Source: an uncultured Akkermansia sp. (GTDB taxonomy: Bacteria > Verrucomicrobiota > Verrucomicrobiia > Methylacidiphilales > Verrucolacustridaceae). From it: a DNA stretch of 46,238 nt. The translations under genes and the position numbers were made by a program. Where the stretch lies: positions 1,617 through 47,854 of the forward strand of contig CAZURF010000001.1 in the NCBI GenBank assembly GCA_964623555.1, read 5' to 3'. This document shows positions 36,801 to 45,413 of this stretch, piece by piece; the stretch's first letter is position 1; every line of letters starts with the position of its first letter. The notes beneath the pieces are model-generated. The model was given only the letters and a program-made list of their open reading frames with translations. It searched no databases and was not told where the DNA came from.

Positions 36801-37824
36801 GCACGGTCGCCTCGCGGAGGACGTTGGCCGCCTCCTCGGGCAGGGTCGGGTTGATGTAGAAACCCGTGCCGAACTCGAAGCCCGCCACTCCCGTCAACCG
36901 GGGGAGGATCTCAATGTGCCAGCGAAAGTCCGCGTCGATCGTTGTCCAGGAGTCCGGTCGCCGGCTTCGGCGGAACGGGGCTGTATGGAGGATCAGGTTG
37001 TAATCGGGGTGATCGAGGGCGCTGGCATAGGCCCCGAGTGTTTTTTGGAGTGCCTCGGCCAGATGCACCAAATCCGCGTCGCTGGTGGCATGGAAGTCCG
37101 CCTGCTGCCGGCGGGGCATGATGCAGGTTTCGAATGGAAACCGGCTGGCGAACGGGCAGAAAACGGTGAAGCCGTCGTTTTCAAACACGGTCCGGTCTCC
37201 GGATTTGCGTTCCGCCTTGAGAATATCCTCAAACAGGTTGCGGTCCTTCTCCAGATAATAGGCGCGGGCCGCCGCCAATTTTTCCTTTAACACAATCGGC
37301 GTCACCGGCAGGGCGATCAGTTGTGTGTGGGCATGCGGCATCGTCGCGCCCGCCCGGGCCCCCTGGTTTTTGAAGATCAGAATGTAATGGAGCCGGATGT
37401 CCTTGGAGAGGTCGAGGATCCTGGAACGACAGGCCTCCAGCACGCGGGTGACCCCGTGCAGGCTTTGCTTCTCCAGAGGGAGTTTGGGATGAGGGGTCTC
37501 CACGATCACTTCATGCGCCCCGATGCCGTTCATGCGGTCGTAAAATCCGACCGCCTCCTTTTCCAGGTCCCCCTCCACCCGCAACGCCGGGAAGCGGTTG
37601 GGCACCACGCGCACCTGCCAGCCGGGACCGTTGGCCGAGCCCCCGTTCGGACGGATCGCGTAGAGTTCCGGGGGCGTGTAGCTCTCGTGTCCCTCCAAAA
37701 AGGGATCCTCCTCAGGCCGCGTCGGCGGCATCTCCTCGCAACGATAACGCTCGGGGCGGATCTGCCGCTCGGGGCTGAACACGATCCAACGTCCCACCAC
37801 GGGGTCTTTTCTCAGTTCCGGCAT
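36793..37824 (-). CDS. galT: GalT-family hexose-1-phosphate nucleotidyltransferase (HIT superfamily)
   Basis: MPELRKDP, VRVVPNRFPAL, GAHEVIVETP, FKNQGARAGATMPHAHTQL (HxHxQ), WHIEILPRL, AGFEFGTG. Confidence 0.9.
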   Translation of the reverse strand: MPELRKDPVVGRWIVFSPERQIRPERYRCEEMPPTRPEEDPFLEGHESYTPPELYAIRPNGGSANGPGWQVRVVPNRFPALRVEGDLEKEAVGFYDRMNGIGAHEVIVETPHPKLPLEKQSLHGVTRVLEACRSRILDLSKDIRLHYILIFKNQGARAGATMPHAHTQLIALPVTPIVLKEKLAAARAYYLEKDRNLFEDILKAERKSGDRTVFENDGFTVFCPFASRFPFETCIMPRRQQADFHATSDADLVHLAEALQKTLGAYASALDHPDYNLILHTAPFRRSRRPDSWTTIDADFRWHIEILPRLTGVAGFEFGTGFYINPTLPEEAANVLREATVHG

Positions 37825-37837
37825 GCCTGGATTCCTT

Positions 37838-39283
37838 TCATCGTTTCTTCCTGGGGGAAGAAAGCCCGGCGGAGGAGCGGTAGACGGTTTCGTAGGCCGG
37901 CACCGCCGCGCCCCATCCCCAGTCTCGCTTCATCCCGTTTTGGCGGGCCGCCTTCATCATTGCGGGTTCATCCCATAACGCCAAGGCCTGATCGAGCCCC
38001 TTTCGTAAACCTTCAGCGGAGCCTGCCGGAAACCGGATGCCACAACCTGTTCGGCCTGCCCCGTTCCAGGGCTCCACGCTGTCGTGCAGGCCGCCTGTGT
38101 CCGCCACCACCGGAATCGCCCCGTAACGCATCGCATACATCTGGGTCAGGCCGCATGGTTCCGTCCGAGAGGGCATCAGGAAAAAATCGCCCCCCCCGAA
38201 GATCCTTCGGGCCAGCTCCTCGTGGTGCTCCAACCGCACTGCCACCTGCCCCGGCAAACTCCGCGCCAACTCCCGGGCCGCTTCTTCCAGTCCGGGCTCT
38301 CCGGTTCCAAGAATCGCCAGGCGCCCTCCCTTGGCTGCCAAACCCCGGGCCGCTTCCATCACCAGATCCAACCCCTTGTCCGGGGTGAGCCGGCTGACCA
38401 TGCCGAAAATCGGCCGGCCGTTGGCCGGCTCCAGCCCCAGCTCCGCCTCCAGGGCCGCCCGACACTCTTCCCGACCCTGGGTCGACGCGATCTGGAAGTT
38501 TTTTTTCAGCGCCGGATCGTCCTCGGGATTCCAGGACTCCGCATCGATGCCGTTCAGGATTCCGGTCAGGTGGCGGGCCTTTCCCTGCAAAACCTCGTGC
38601 AATCCGTGGCCAAACGCCTCGGTCTGGATCTCCCGCGCGTAGCTCGGGCTCACCGTGGTGACCTCGTGCGCCAGGAGGACGGCTCCCTTGAGCAGGTTCA
38701 CCTTCCCGTAAAACTCCAGTGTTTCCGGGCGAAACATCTCCGCCGGCAGTCCCAGACGGGGAAAGTCCGCGGCCGGAAATTCCCCCTGATAACGGAGGTT
38801 ATGGATGGTGAAGATTGTCCGCATCGGCAGATGCACCACCGAGGCCAACGCCGGGATCAGCGCCGTATGCCAGTCGTTGGCGTGAAGCACCTCCGGCACC
38901 GGCTCGATGTGCCGCGCCAGTTCCAGCGCCGCGCGGGAAAAGAAAACAAACCGGTCCAGGGAATCGGGATAGTCCCCGCCTCCCTCCCCGTAGGGATGCG
39001 GACGGTCGAAATATTCATCCCGTTCGATGCCAAACAGCGCCACCGCCCCCCGCTGCCCCTGCCAGACCCGGGTGGCCCACGTTCCGGTGGCCACCGGCAC
39101 CGGCAACTCCAGATTCGTCCGCCGGAACTCTCCGGACTTCTTCAGTCCGCGGTGCAAAGGCACCGCCACGCTGACGGCGTGCCCCGCGGCCGCCAGCGCC
39201 TGGGGAAGCGCCGCCGCCACGTCCGCCAGTCCCCCCACCTTGGCATGGGGAGCCAGCTCGGCTGCCACAAATAGGATGTTCAT
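37838..39283 (-). CDS. glgA: Glycogen synthase (GT5)
   Basis: KVGGLADV, HANDWHT, TIHNLRYQG, TTVSPSYA, GILNGID, MPSRTEPCGLTQM, TGGLHDSV. Confidence 0.95.
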   Translation of the reverse strand: MNILFVAAELAPHAKVGGLADVAAALPQALAAAGHAVSVAVPLHRGLKKSGEFRRTNLELPVPVATGTWATRVWQGQRGAVALFGIERDEYFDRPHPYGEGGGDYPDSLDRFVFFSRAALELARHIEPVPEVLHANDWHTALIPALASVVHLPMRTIFTIHNLRYQGEFPAADFPRLGLPAEMFRPETLEFYGKVNLLKGAVLLAHEVTTVSPSYAREIQTEAFGHGLHEVLQGKARHLTGILNGIDAESWNPEDDPALKKNFQIASTQGREECRAALEAELGLEPANGRPIFGMVSRLTPDKGLDLVMEAARGLAAKGGRLAILGTGEPGLEEAARELARSLPGQVAVRLEHHEELARRIFGGGDFFLMPSRTEPCGLTQMYAMRYGAIPVVADTGGLHDSVEPWNGAGRTGCGIRFPAGSAEGLRKGLDQALALWDEPAMMKAARQNGMKRDWGWGAAVPAYETVYRSSAGLSSPRKKR

Positions 39284-39290
39284 GGGATGA

Positions 39291-39316
39291 ATCTTCCATT
39301 ATGCCCTATCTTCCAT
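39291..39316. repeat. 9-bp direct repeat ATCTTCCAT (two copies) in the glgA/rnr divergent spacer
   Basis: Copies at 39291-39299 and 39308-39316; the second overlaps the rnr start codon. Confidence 0.55.
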
Positions 39317-41432
39317 GCCTGCCGCCAGCCGCTTGCCGGACCGGATTCTTGCGCTTCTGCAGGGAAAAAAAGCCGCCCCGCTCGACGTACCCGCCCTGTC
39401 CCGCCGGCTCCGCGTTCCCCCGGCTGCCGTGAGCCGCACCCTGGCCACGCTGGAAAAGCAGGGTCGGGTCGCCCGGGTCCGGCATGACCACTGGATCTCC
39501 TCCGAATCGGCGGATCTCGTCACCGGCACGATCCAGTTTCATCCCAAGGGCTTCGCCTTTGTCACCCCGGCGGAAGGCGGCGGTCAGGACCTCCGCATCG
39601 ACGCCGAGGACACCGCCACCGCCCTGCACGGTGATCTGGTGGTTGCCCGGATCCAGCGGAGCCCGTTGCCCGGTCGCCGCCGGGGCCCCGAACCCGAGCG
39701 TCCCCGCGGCCGGATCATTCGCATTCTGGAGCGCCGCAACGCCAACATCGTCGGCACTCTCCAGAAGACCGCCCGGTTTTTCATCGTCATCCCGGACGAT
39801 CCCCGCCTACAGCACAACCTTTACGTGCCCGAGCCGGGCTCCGGCGGCTCCCCCGCCGCGGCCCCCGGCGACAAGGTGGTGGCGCGCCTCACGGAATGGA
39901 AAAACCGCCACACCAATCCGGAAGGCGTGGTCGTGGAGAGGCTCGGACGCCGGGAGGACCCGGGCGTCGATATTCTCTCCATCGTCCGGAAGTTCGATCT
40001 GCCCACGGAGTTCCCCGCGCAGGCCCTGACCGAGGCCTCCTCGTTTCCTCCCGTTGAACTTCCCGACAAACCCGCCGACCGCGAGGATCTCCGCGGGGAG
40101 TTCATCATCACCATCGATCCCGACACCGCCCGTGATTTCGACGACGCCATTTCCCTCCGCGAACTCCCCGGCGGTCACGCCGAGATCGGCATCCATATCG
40201 CCGATGTCTCCCACTATGTCCGGCCTGGATCCGTTCTCGACGAGGAGGCCCGTCGCCGGGCCAACAGTGTCTATCTCGTCAACGGCGTCATCCCCATGCT
40301 GCCTCCCCGCCTGTCCGACGATCTCTGCTCCCTCCGACCCAAGGAACAGCGCCTCACCTATTCCGCTTTTGTCCGGATCGGGCCGGACGGCCGGATCGGC
40401 ACGGCCCGCTTCGGCCGCACGGTCATCTTCAGCCGCCACCGCCTCACGTATCGGGAGGCGCAGCTTCGCCTCCACCGACCCGCCGCGGACGACTTGGACC
40501 GGTTCCTGCAAAAAGCATGGACCTTCGCCTCCGCCCTGCGGAAGCGGCGCTTTGCCAACGGGGCCCTCGACATGGATTTCCCCGAGCTTCGCGTCCTCCT
40601 CGATGAACGGGGGCGGCCGAACCGGATCGAGAAAGAGTCCTCCGACGAGTCCCACCAGCTGATCGAGGAGTTCATGCTCCTTGCCAACGAGGCCGTGGCC
40701 CGCCATCTCAACCGGGAACACCGGCCGGCCCTGTACCGGATTCACGAGGTTCCCGACGAATCCCGCCTTCAGGAGTACCGCCAGCTGCTCATCGCCCATG
40801 GGATCAAGGCCGGTGATCTCACCCAGCGGGGTGAAATCCAAAAAATCCTGAAGTTGCTCCCCGGCCGGCCCGACGGATACGCCCTGAAGATCGCTTTGCT
40901 CCGGTCGCTTAAGCGGGCCGTGTACTCACCCAAAAGCCTGGGCCACTACGGGCTGGCCAAATCCCATTACACTCATTTCACCTCCCCCATCCGCCGCTAC
41001 GCCGACTTGCTGGTCCACCGGGCTCTCGCTCACACCCGCGGCGCTCCTCGCGGCGAAAGCGATGCCCTCCACAAACTGGCCCAGCACCTATCCCGGCAGG
41101 AACGCACCGCCGCCGATGCGGAGCAGGAATCCAAGAAGCTGAAGCTTTTGGAATATCTGGAGGCCCAGGCCGGCCCGAAGGCCACCCAAACCTTCGAGGC
41201 AATCATCACCGAGGCGACCAATTTCGGCCTCCTCGTGGAGCTGCCCGACTTTTTGCTCTCCGGGCTCATCCATGTCTCCTCCCTCACGGACGACTTTTTC
41301 TCCTTCGACCCCGTTCGCCGTCATCTGCGCGGCCGGCGCACCGGAAAAATCTACAAGGCCGGAGTCCATCTCCGCGTGGCCGTCCTGCGCATCGACTTCC
41401 CCAAACGCCAGGTCGATTTTCGTCCGGTTTGA
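39315..41432 (+). CDS. rnr: Ribonuclease R
   Basis: N-terminal HTH, CSD HPKGFAFV, RNB motifs TIDPDTARDFDDA, HIADVSHYV, IEEFMLLANE and YTHFTSPIRRYADL, C-terminal S1 domain. Confidence 0.95.
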   Translation: MPAASRLPDRILALLQGKKAAPLDVPALSRRLRVPPAAVSRTLATLEKQGRVARVRHDHWISSESADLVTGTIQFHPKGFAFVTPAEGGGQDLRIDAEDTATALHGDLVVARIQRSPLPGRRRGPEPERPRGRIIRILERRNANIVGTLQKTARFFIVIPDDPRLQHNLYVPEPGSGGSPAAAPGDKVVARLTEWKNRHTNPEGVVVERLGRREDPGVDILSIVRKFDLPTEFPAQALTEASSFPPVELPDKPADREDLRGEFIITIDPDTARDFDDAISLRELPGGHAEIGIHIADVSHYVRPGSVLDEEARRRANSVYLVNGVIPMLPPRLSDDLCSLRPKEQRLTYSAFVRIGPDGRIGTARFGRTVIFSRHRLTYREAQLRLHRPAADDLDRFLQKAWTFASALRKRRFANGALDMDFPELRVLLDERGRPNRIEKESSDESHQLIEEFMLLANEAVARHLNREHRPALYRIHEVPDESRLQEYRQLLIAHGIKAGDLTQRGEIQKILKLLPGRPDGYALKIALLRSLKRAVYSPKSLGHYGLAKSHYTHFTSPIRRYADLLVHRALAHTRGAPRGESDALHKLAQHLSRQERTAADAEQESKKLKLLEYLEAQAGPKATQTFEAIITEATNFGLLVELPDFLLSGLIHVSSLTDDFFSFDPVRRHLRGRRTGKIYKAGVHLRVAVLRIDFPKRQVDFRPV

Positions 41433-41445
41433 AGCGTGGTTTTTC

Positions 41446-42384
41446 CTACGGGAACTCCACCTGCACCACCGTGGCGTCCTCCACTCCCTCCAGCAAAAGG
41501 GAGCCATGGTCGGCGGTGATCAAACGTGCGGTCCCCTTGGCCCATTCATGCCCACTCTCTTTTTCCCGGACTTTTCCGGCCGCCACAAAAAGATACCGGA
41601 AACTCCTGGGATTCGGAACCATCTCCCGGAGCTCTCCGGGGGCCAGCCACCAACGCGTGATCTTGAAATGGTCGCAGACCAGCATTCGTTCCCCTCTGGG
41701 TTGGACGAAGGCCGGTTCATGGTCATCCCAGCGGATGGAGGCCAGCGCCTCTTTCACGTGGAGGGCCCGGGGCTTGCCGGCGTTATCTTTCCGGTCCCAG
41801 TCATACACCCGGTAGGTTGTGTCGGAATTCTGCTGAATTTCCAAAATCACGTTGCCCGCGCCGATCGCATGCACGCGCCCGGACGGCAAAAACATCGCCG
41901 CCCCGGGCTCGGTTTTCAGGCGGTGGAAGCAGTCCGCCACGGTCCCGGTTCCCAGCGCTTTCTCAAACTCCGCCTTTCCCACGCCGTTTTTTAGCCCGGC
42001 GAGAATTTCCGCCTGAGGTTGGGTCTCGAGAAAAAACCACATCTCGGTCTTCGGTTCTCCCGCCAATTCCTTCGCGCGATCTGCGGGAGGATGCACCTGC
42101 AGCGAGAGCTTATCCTGGGCATCAAGCAGCTTGATCAGGATGGGAAACCGGGCGGCCTTCGTGGCGCGGAGCCCGAAAAGTTTTTGGCGATCCGGCCCGC
42201 TCCAGAGTTCTTGCAGGGTTTGGCCCGACTCCTTTTCCCGCGACTGCGCCTCCGGGCGGTCCACCAGCTCCCAGGTCTCCCCGATCTTTTTCTCCTCAGG
42301 GAGTTTTCGCCCAAACCGTTCCGCAAGATTTCTTCCACCCCAGATCCGCTCCTGAGGCAACGGCTCAAATTCCCAAATGGCCAT
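41446..42384 (-). CDS. manA: Type I mannose-6-phosphate isomerase (cupin)
   Basis: RIWGG, IGETWE, FPILIKLLDA, LSLQVHP, KTEMW, GRVHAIG, EIQQNSDTTYRVYDW. Start at ATG 42384. Confidence 0.92.
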   Translation of the reverse strand: MAIWEFEPLPQERIWGGRNLAERFGRKLPEEKKIGETWELVDRPEAQSREKESGQTLQELWSGPDRQKLFGLRATKAARFPILIKLLDAQDKLSLQVHPPADRAKELAGEPKTEMWFFLETQPQAEILAGLKNGVGKAEFEKALGTGTVADCFHRLKTEPGAAMFLPSGRVHAIGAGNVILEIQQNSDTTYRVYDWDRKDNAGKPRALHVKEALASIRWDDHEPAFVQPRGERMLVCDHFKITRWWLAPGELREMVPNPRSFRYLFVAAGKVREKESGHEWAKGTARLITADHGSLLLEGVEDATVVQVEFP

Positions 42385-42404
42385 GGGCGCATGGTAGGCC
42401 CCCC

Positions 42405-42432
42405 TCAAAAATCAAACATCAAAAATCAAAAA
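42405..42432. repeat. Heptamer tandem repeat, four units of TCAAAMA
   Basis: TCAAAAA TCAAACA TCAAAAA TCAAAAA, between the lipoprotein stop and the manA -10 box. Confidence 0.75.
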
Positions 42433-42860
42433 CCCTCCCCCTCCCACGCCCTTCCATCCCGGTACGCCGCCCCCGCCTTCCATTTTCCACTTTCCCAAAG
42501 AAACGGAACCACCAGGCGCCTCTCCCCGTCTCCGGCAGATCGGATCACCTCCGCCTCGGCATACTCCTTGGCTTCAAACCGGGGCACGTCGCTAAACCGG
42601 TAAATGGCGGCCTGTTCCCGGTCTTTCCGGGCCACCACCACCATGGCAGCCCGGGGTTCCCACCCTTCCGCCCGGATCTTTTCCACGAGCGGTCGCGAGA
42701 GCGCTTCCTCCAGCTCCCCGTGTTTCCCCGCATTCGCTTGGTCGATCATCCCTTCAACCTCCCGCACAAACCGGGATCTCGGATCCGGCCCGCAACCATG
42801 GAGACAAATTGTCCCCAAGATCAACCCAGCCAACCGCAAACTTGCCTTGGAAAAAGCCAT
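42426..42860 (-). CDS. Hypothetical lipoprotein (possible NTF2-like fold)
   Basis: Lipobox-like LHG-C after a basic and hydrophobic leader. C-terminal VVPFLWESGKWK hairpin typical of small NTF2-like lipoproteins. Confidence 0.7.
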   Translation of the reverse strand: MAFSKASLRLAGLILGTICLHGCGPDPRSRFVREVEGMIDQANAGKHGELEEALSRPLVEKIRAEGWEPRAAMVVVARKDREQAAIYRFSDVPRFEAKEYAEAEVIRSAGDGERRLVVPFLWESGKWKAGAAYRDGRAWEGEGF

Positions 42861-42890
42861 CGGTTCGCTTCATTAAACACACCCTTTTCC

Positions 42891-45413
42891 ATGGCCAAAT
42901 CAAAACCCGCACGTACCGGACCCAGCCTCGGCCAGGAGGTGGTCGCCCTCGCTATCCTCGGGTCGGGCATCCTGCTTCTTCTTGCCCTCTTTTCCTTCGA
43001 TCCCCGCGATCTCTCCTTCTACTCCCAGCCGCCGCAGAGCCCCAAAGCCAACCTCGTGGGTCCGGCCGGGGCCTATCTTGGCGGCATCCTCTTTCTCCTT
43101 TTCGGATTGGGCTCCTACCTCTTCCCTGTGGTTTTTATCGCCGGCGGACTTCTGCTCTTTTTCGCCAAGGAGGTGCGCTACTCGCAGAAATTCCTGCTTC
43201 TGGGAATTCTTCTGGTCACGGGAGCCTGCCTCCTCCAGCTGGCTGCGCCGGTTTTCGGCCCCGCCTTGGCCAACCCGCTCTTTTCCGGAGCCCAGGGACT
43301 GGAGGGGGCCCCTTCCCCCGCCGGCAAGATGCCGGGCGGCTACATCGGATATTTCCTCAACGATAAATTTCTCGCCCCCATCCTCGGCACTGTTGGCGCC
43401 GTCCTAGTCTTCGGCCTCTCCTACCTCGTCGTTCTGGTTTTACTTTTTGAATTCCGGCCTGCCGAACTCGCCCGGGCCTTCGGCGAGGCCGGCCGCGCCA
43501 TTGTGGACCAGTACTGGGATTACCGGATCCGTAAGGCCGCCCCCGACGAACGGATCGGCCTCGAGCAAAAGAAGCTCGAAATTGAGCAGAAACGCCTCCA
43601 CCGCCGCCTCGCCAGAGAGAAAGCACAGGCCGCCAAAAAGACCGCCGAGCCGGTGCCGCCCGCCGCCAACCGTCCTTCGCCAAAGATCGTCGACACCACG
43701 ATCAACCCCTTTCCCTCGGCCCTTCCCGGAACCACGACACCCAAGCCCAAGGCCGGCCCTACCAAACCCGAAAAGCCGGAAACCAAGATCAAGGATCTCG
43801 GCAAACCGGTTTCCCCTTTGCCCACCCTGTCCGCCGAAACCCCTTCTTCTTCCGTCTCTCCTTCCCGGCCCACGCCCCCCAAAACGCCCACTCCTGCCGC
43901 CACCCGTCCCTCCTACAGCGCCTACAAGCTCCCTTCCATCGACCTTCTCCAGAAATCCGAAAAGGAGACCCGCCCCACCTACACCGAAGACGAGCTGAAA
44001 ACCAACCAACAGCGCATCGTCGAGGCCCTCGCCCATTTCGACATCGAGGTGAGCCCGGGCGACATCACCCGCGGGTCCACGATCACGCGCTACGAGCTCT
44101 ATCCCGCCCCCGGCGTCCGCGTGGAGCGTATCGTCAACCTCGAGCGCGACCTCTCCCGCACCATGAAGGCGGAGCGGATCAACATCCTCGCCCCCGTTCC
44201 CGGGCGCGACACCGTCGCCATCGAGGTGGCCAACTCCGCCAAGATCAAGGTTCTCCTCCGCGACTTGCTCGAATCCGGCGAATGGTCCGGCTCCCGCGCC
44301 CACCTTCCGGTCTCCCTCGGCAAGGACGTCTACGGCGCCACTCTGGTCGACGATCTTGCCGATTTGCCCCACGTGCTGATCGCCGGCACCACCGGTTCCG
44401 GAAAATCCGTCTGCATCAACACCCTGCTTCTCAGCCTCCTCTATCGTTTTGGTCCCGATGATCTGCGCCTGATCCTCATCGACCCCAAGGTGGTCGAACT
44501 TCAGGTATACAACCGGCTACCCCACCTCGTTGTGCCCGTCGTCACCGAGCCCAAGAAGGTCCTGCTCGCGCTGAAATGGACGATCAACGAGATGGAAAAG
44601 CGCTACCGGTACATGGCCAAAGCCGGGGTCCGCAACATCGGCACCTACAACTCACGCTCCCGCTCGCCCAAAAGCGTGGAGGAGCTCGACCTGGCCCCCC
44701 GTCTGGAGGGAGAGGAACCCGCCCCGCCTTCCGGCGAGGAGCCCCTGCCGGACCGCCTTCCCTTCATCGTCGTGATCATCGATGAGCTGGCCAATCTGAT
44801 GCAGGTCGCTCCCGCCGAGGTGGAAAACGCCATCGCGCTTCTTTCCGCCAAGGCCCGCGCCGCCGGCATCCACCTGGTCATCGCCACCCAGACCCCGCGG
44901 GCGGCGGTCATTACCGGCGTGATCAAAACCAACGTCCCCGCCCGCATCGCCTTCCAGGTTCCCTCCGGGGTCGATTCCCGGGTCATTCTGGACGAGTCCG
45001 GGGCCGAAAACCTGCTCGGCAAGGGTGACCTTCTCTACCTCCGCCCGGGGGCCAGCAAACTGATCCGCGCCCAAGGGGCTTTTGTGAGCGAGGAGGAAGT
45101 GGCTCGGGTGATCGACTTCATCGCCGCCCAGGCCAAGCCCTACTATGAGCAGGAAATTCACGCCAAAATGACCAAGCCTTCCATGGGCGACTCCGAACTT
45201 TCCGAAAAAGATGAGGAATTGATGTCCCGCTCCCTGGAGGTTCTCAAACAAGAGAAAAGGGCCTCCACCTCGTTGCTGCAGAGGAGGTTAGGACTCGGCT
45301 ACGGCCGCGCGGCGTGGGTGATTGATCAATTTGAATCCAGAGGTATTATTGGGCCAAAGGATGGCGCCAAGGATCGGGAGATCCTCGTCGACCTTGATAC
45401 GGTCCAATTATGA
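42891..45413 (+). CDS. ftsK: DNA translocase FtsK/SpoIIIE
   Basis: N-terminal TM domain (NLVGPAGAYL), Pro-rich linker, PHVLIAGTTGSGKS, LIDPKVVEL, IIDEL, GAENLLGKGD and gamma domain ASTSLLQRRLGLGYGRA. Start at ATG 42891. Confidence 0.96.
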   Translation: MAKSKPARTGPSLGQEVVALAILGSGILLLLALFSFDPRDLSFYSQPPQSPKANLVGPAGAYLGGILFLLFGLGSYLFPVVFIAGGLLLFFAKEVRYSQKFLLLGILLVTGACLLQLAAPVFGPALANPLFSGAQGLEGAPSPAGKMPGGYIGYFLNDKFLAPILGTVGAVLVFGLSYLVVLVLLFEFRPAELARAFGEAGRAIVDQYWDYRIRKAAPDERIGLEQKKLEIEQKRLHRRLAREKAQAAKKTAEPVPPAANRPSPKIVDTTINPFPSALPGTTTPKPKAGPTKPEKPETKIKDLGKPVSPLPTLSAETPSSSVSPSRPTPPKTPTPAATRPSYSAYKLPSIDLLQKSEKETRPTYTEDELKTNQQRIVEALAHFDIEVSPGDITRGSTITRYELYPAPGVRVERIVNLERDLSRTMKAERINILAPVPGRDTVAIEVANSAKIKVLLRDLLESGEWSGSRAHLPVSLGKDVYGATLVDDLADLPHVLIAGTTGSGKSVCINTLLLSLLYRFGPDDLRLILIDPKVVELQVYNRLPHLVVPVVTEPKKVLLALKWTINEMEKRYRYMAKAGVRNIGTYNSRSRSPKSVEELDLAPRLEGEEPAPPSGEEPLPDRLPFIVVIIDELANLMQVAPAEVENAIALLSAKARAAGIHLVIATQTPRAAVITGVIKTNVPARIAFQVPSGVDSRVILDESGAENLLGKGDLLYLRPGASKLIRAQGAFVSEEEVARVIDFIAAQAKPYYEQEIHAKMTKPSMGDSELSEKDEELMSRSLEVLKQEKRASTSLLQRRLGLGYGRAAWVIDQFESRGIIGPKDGAKDREILVDLDTVQL

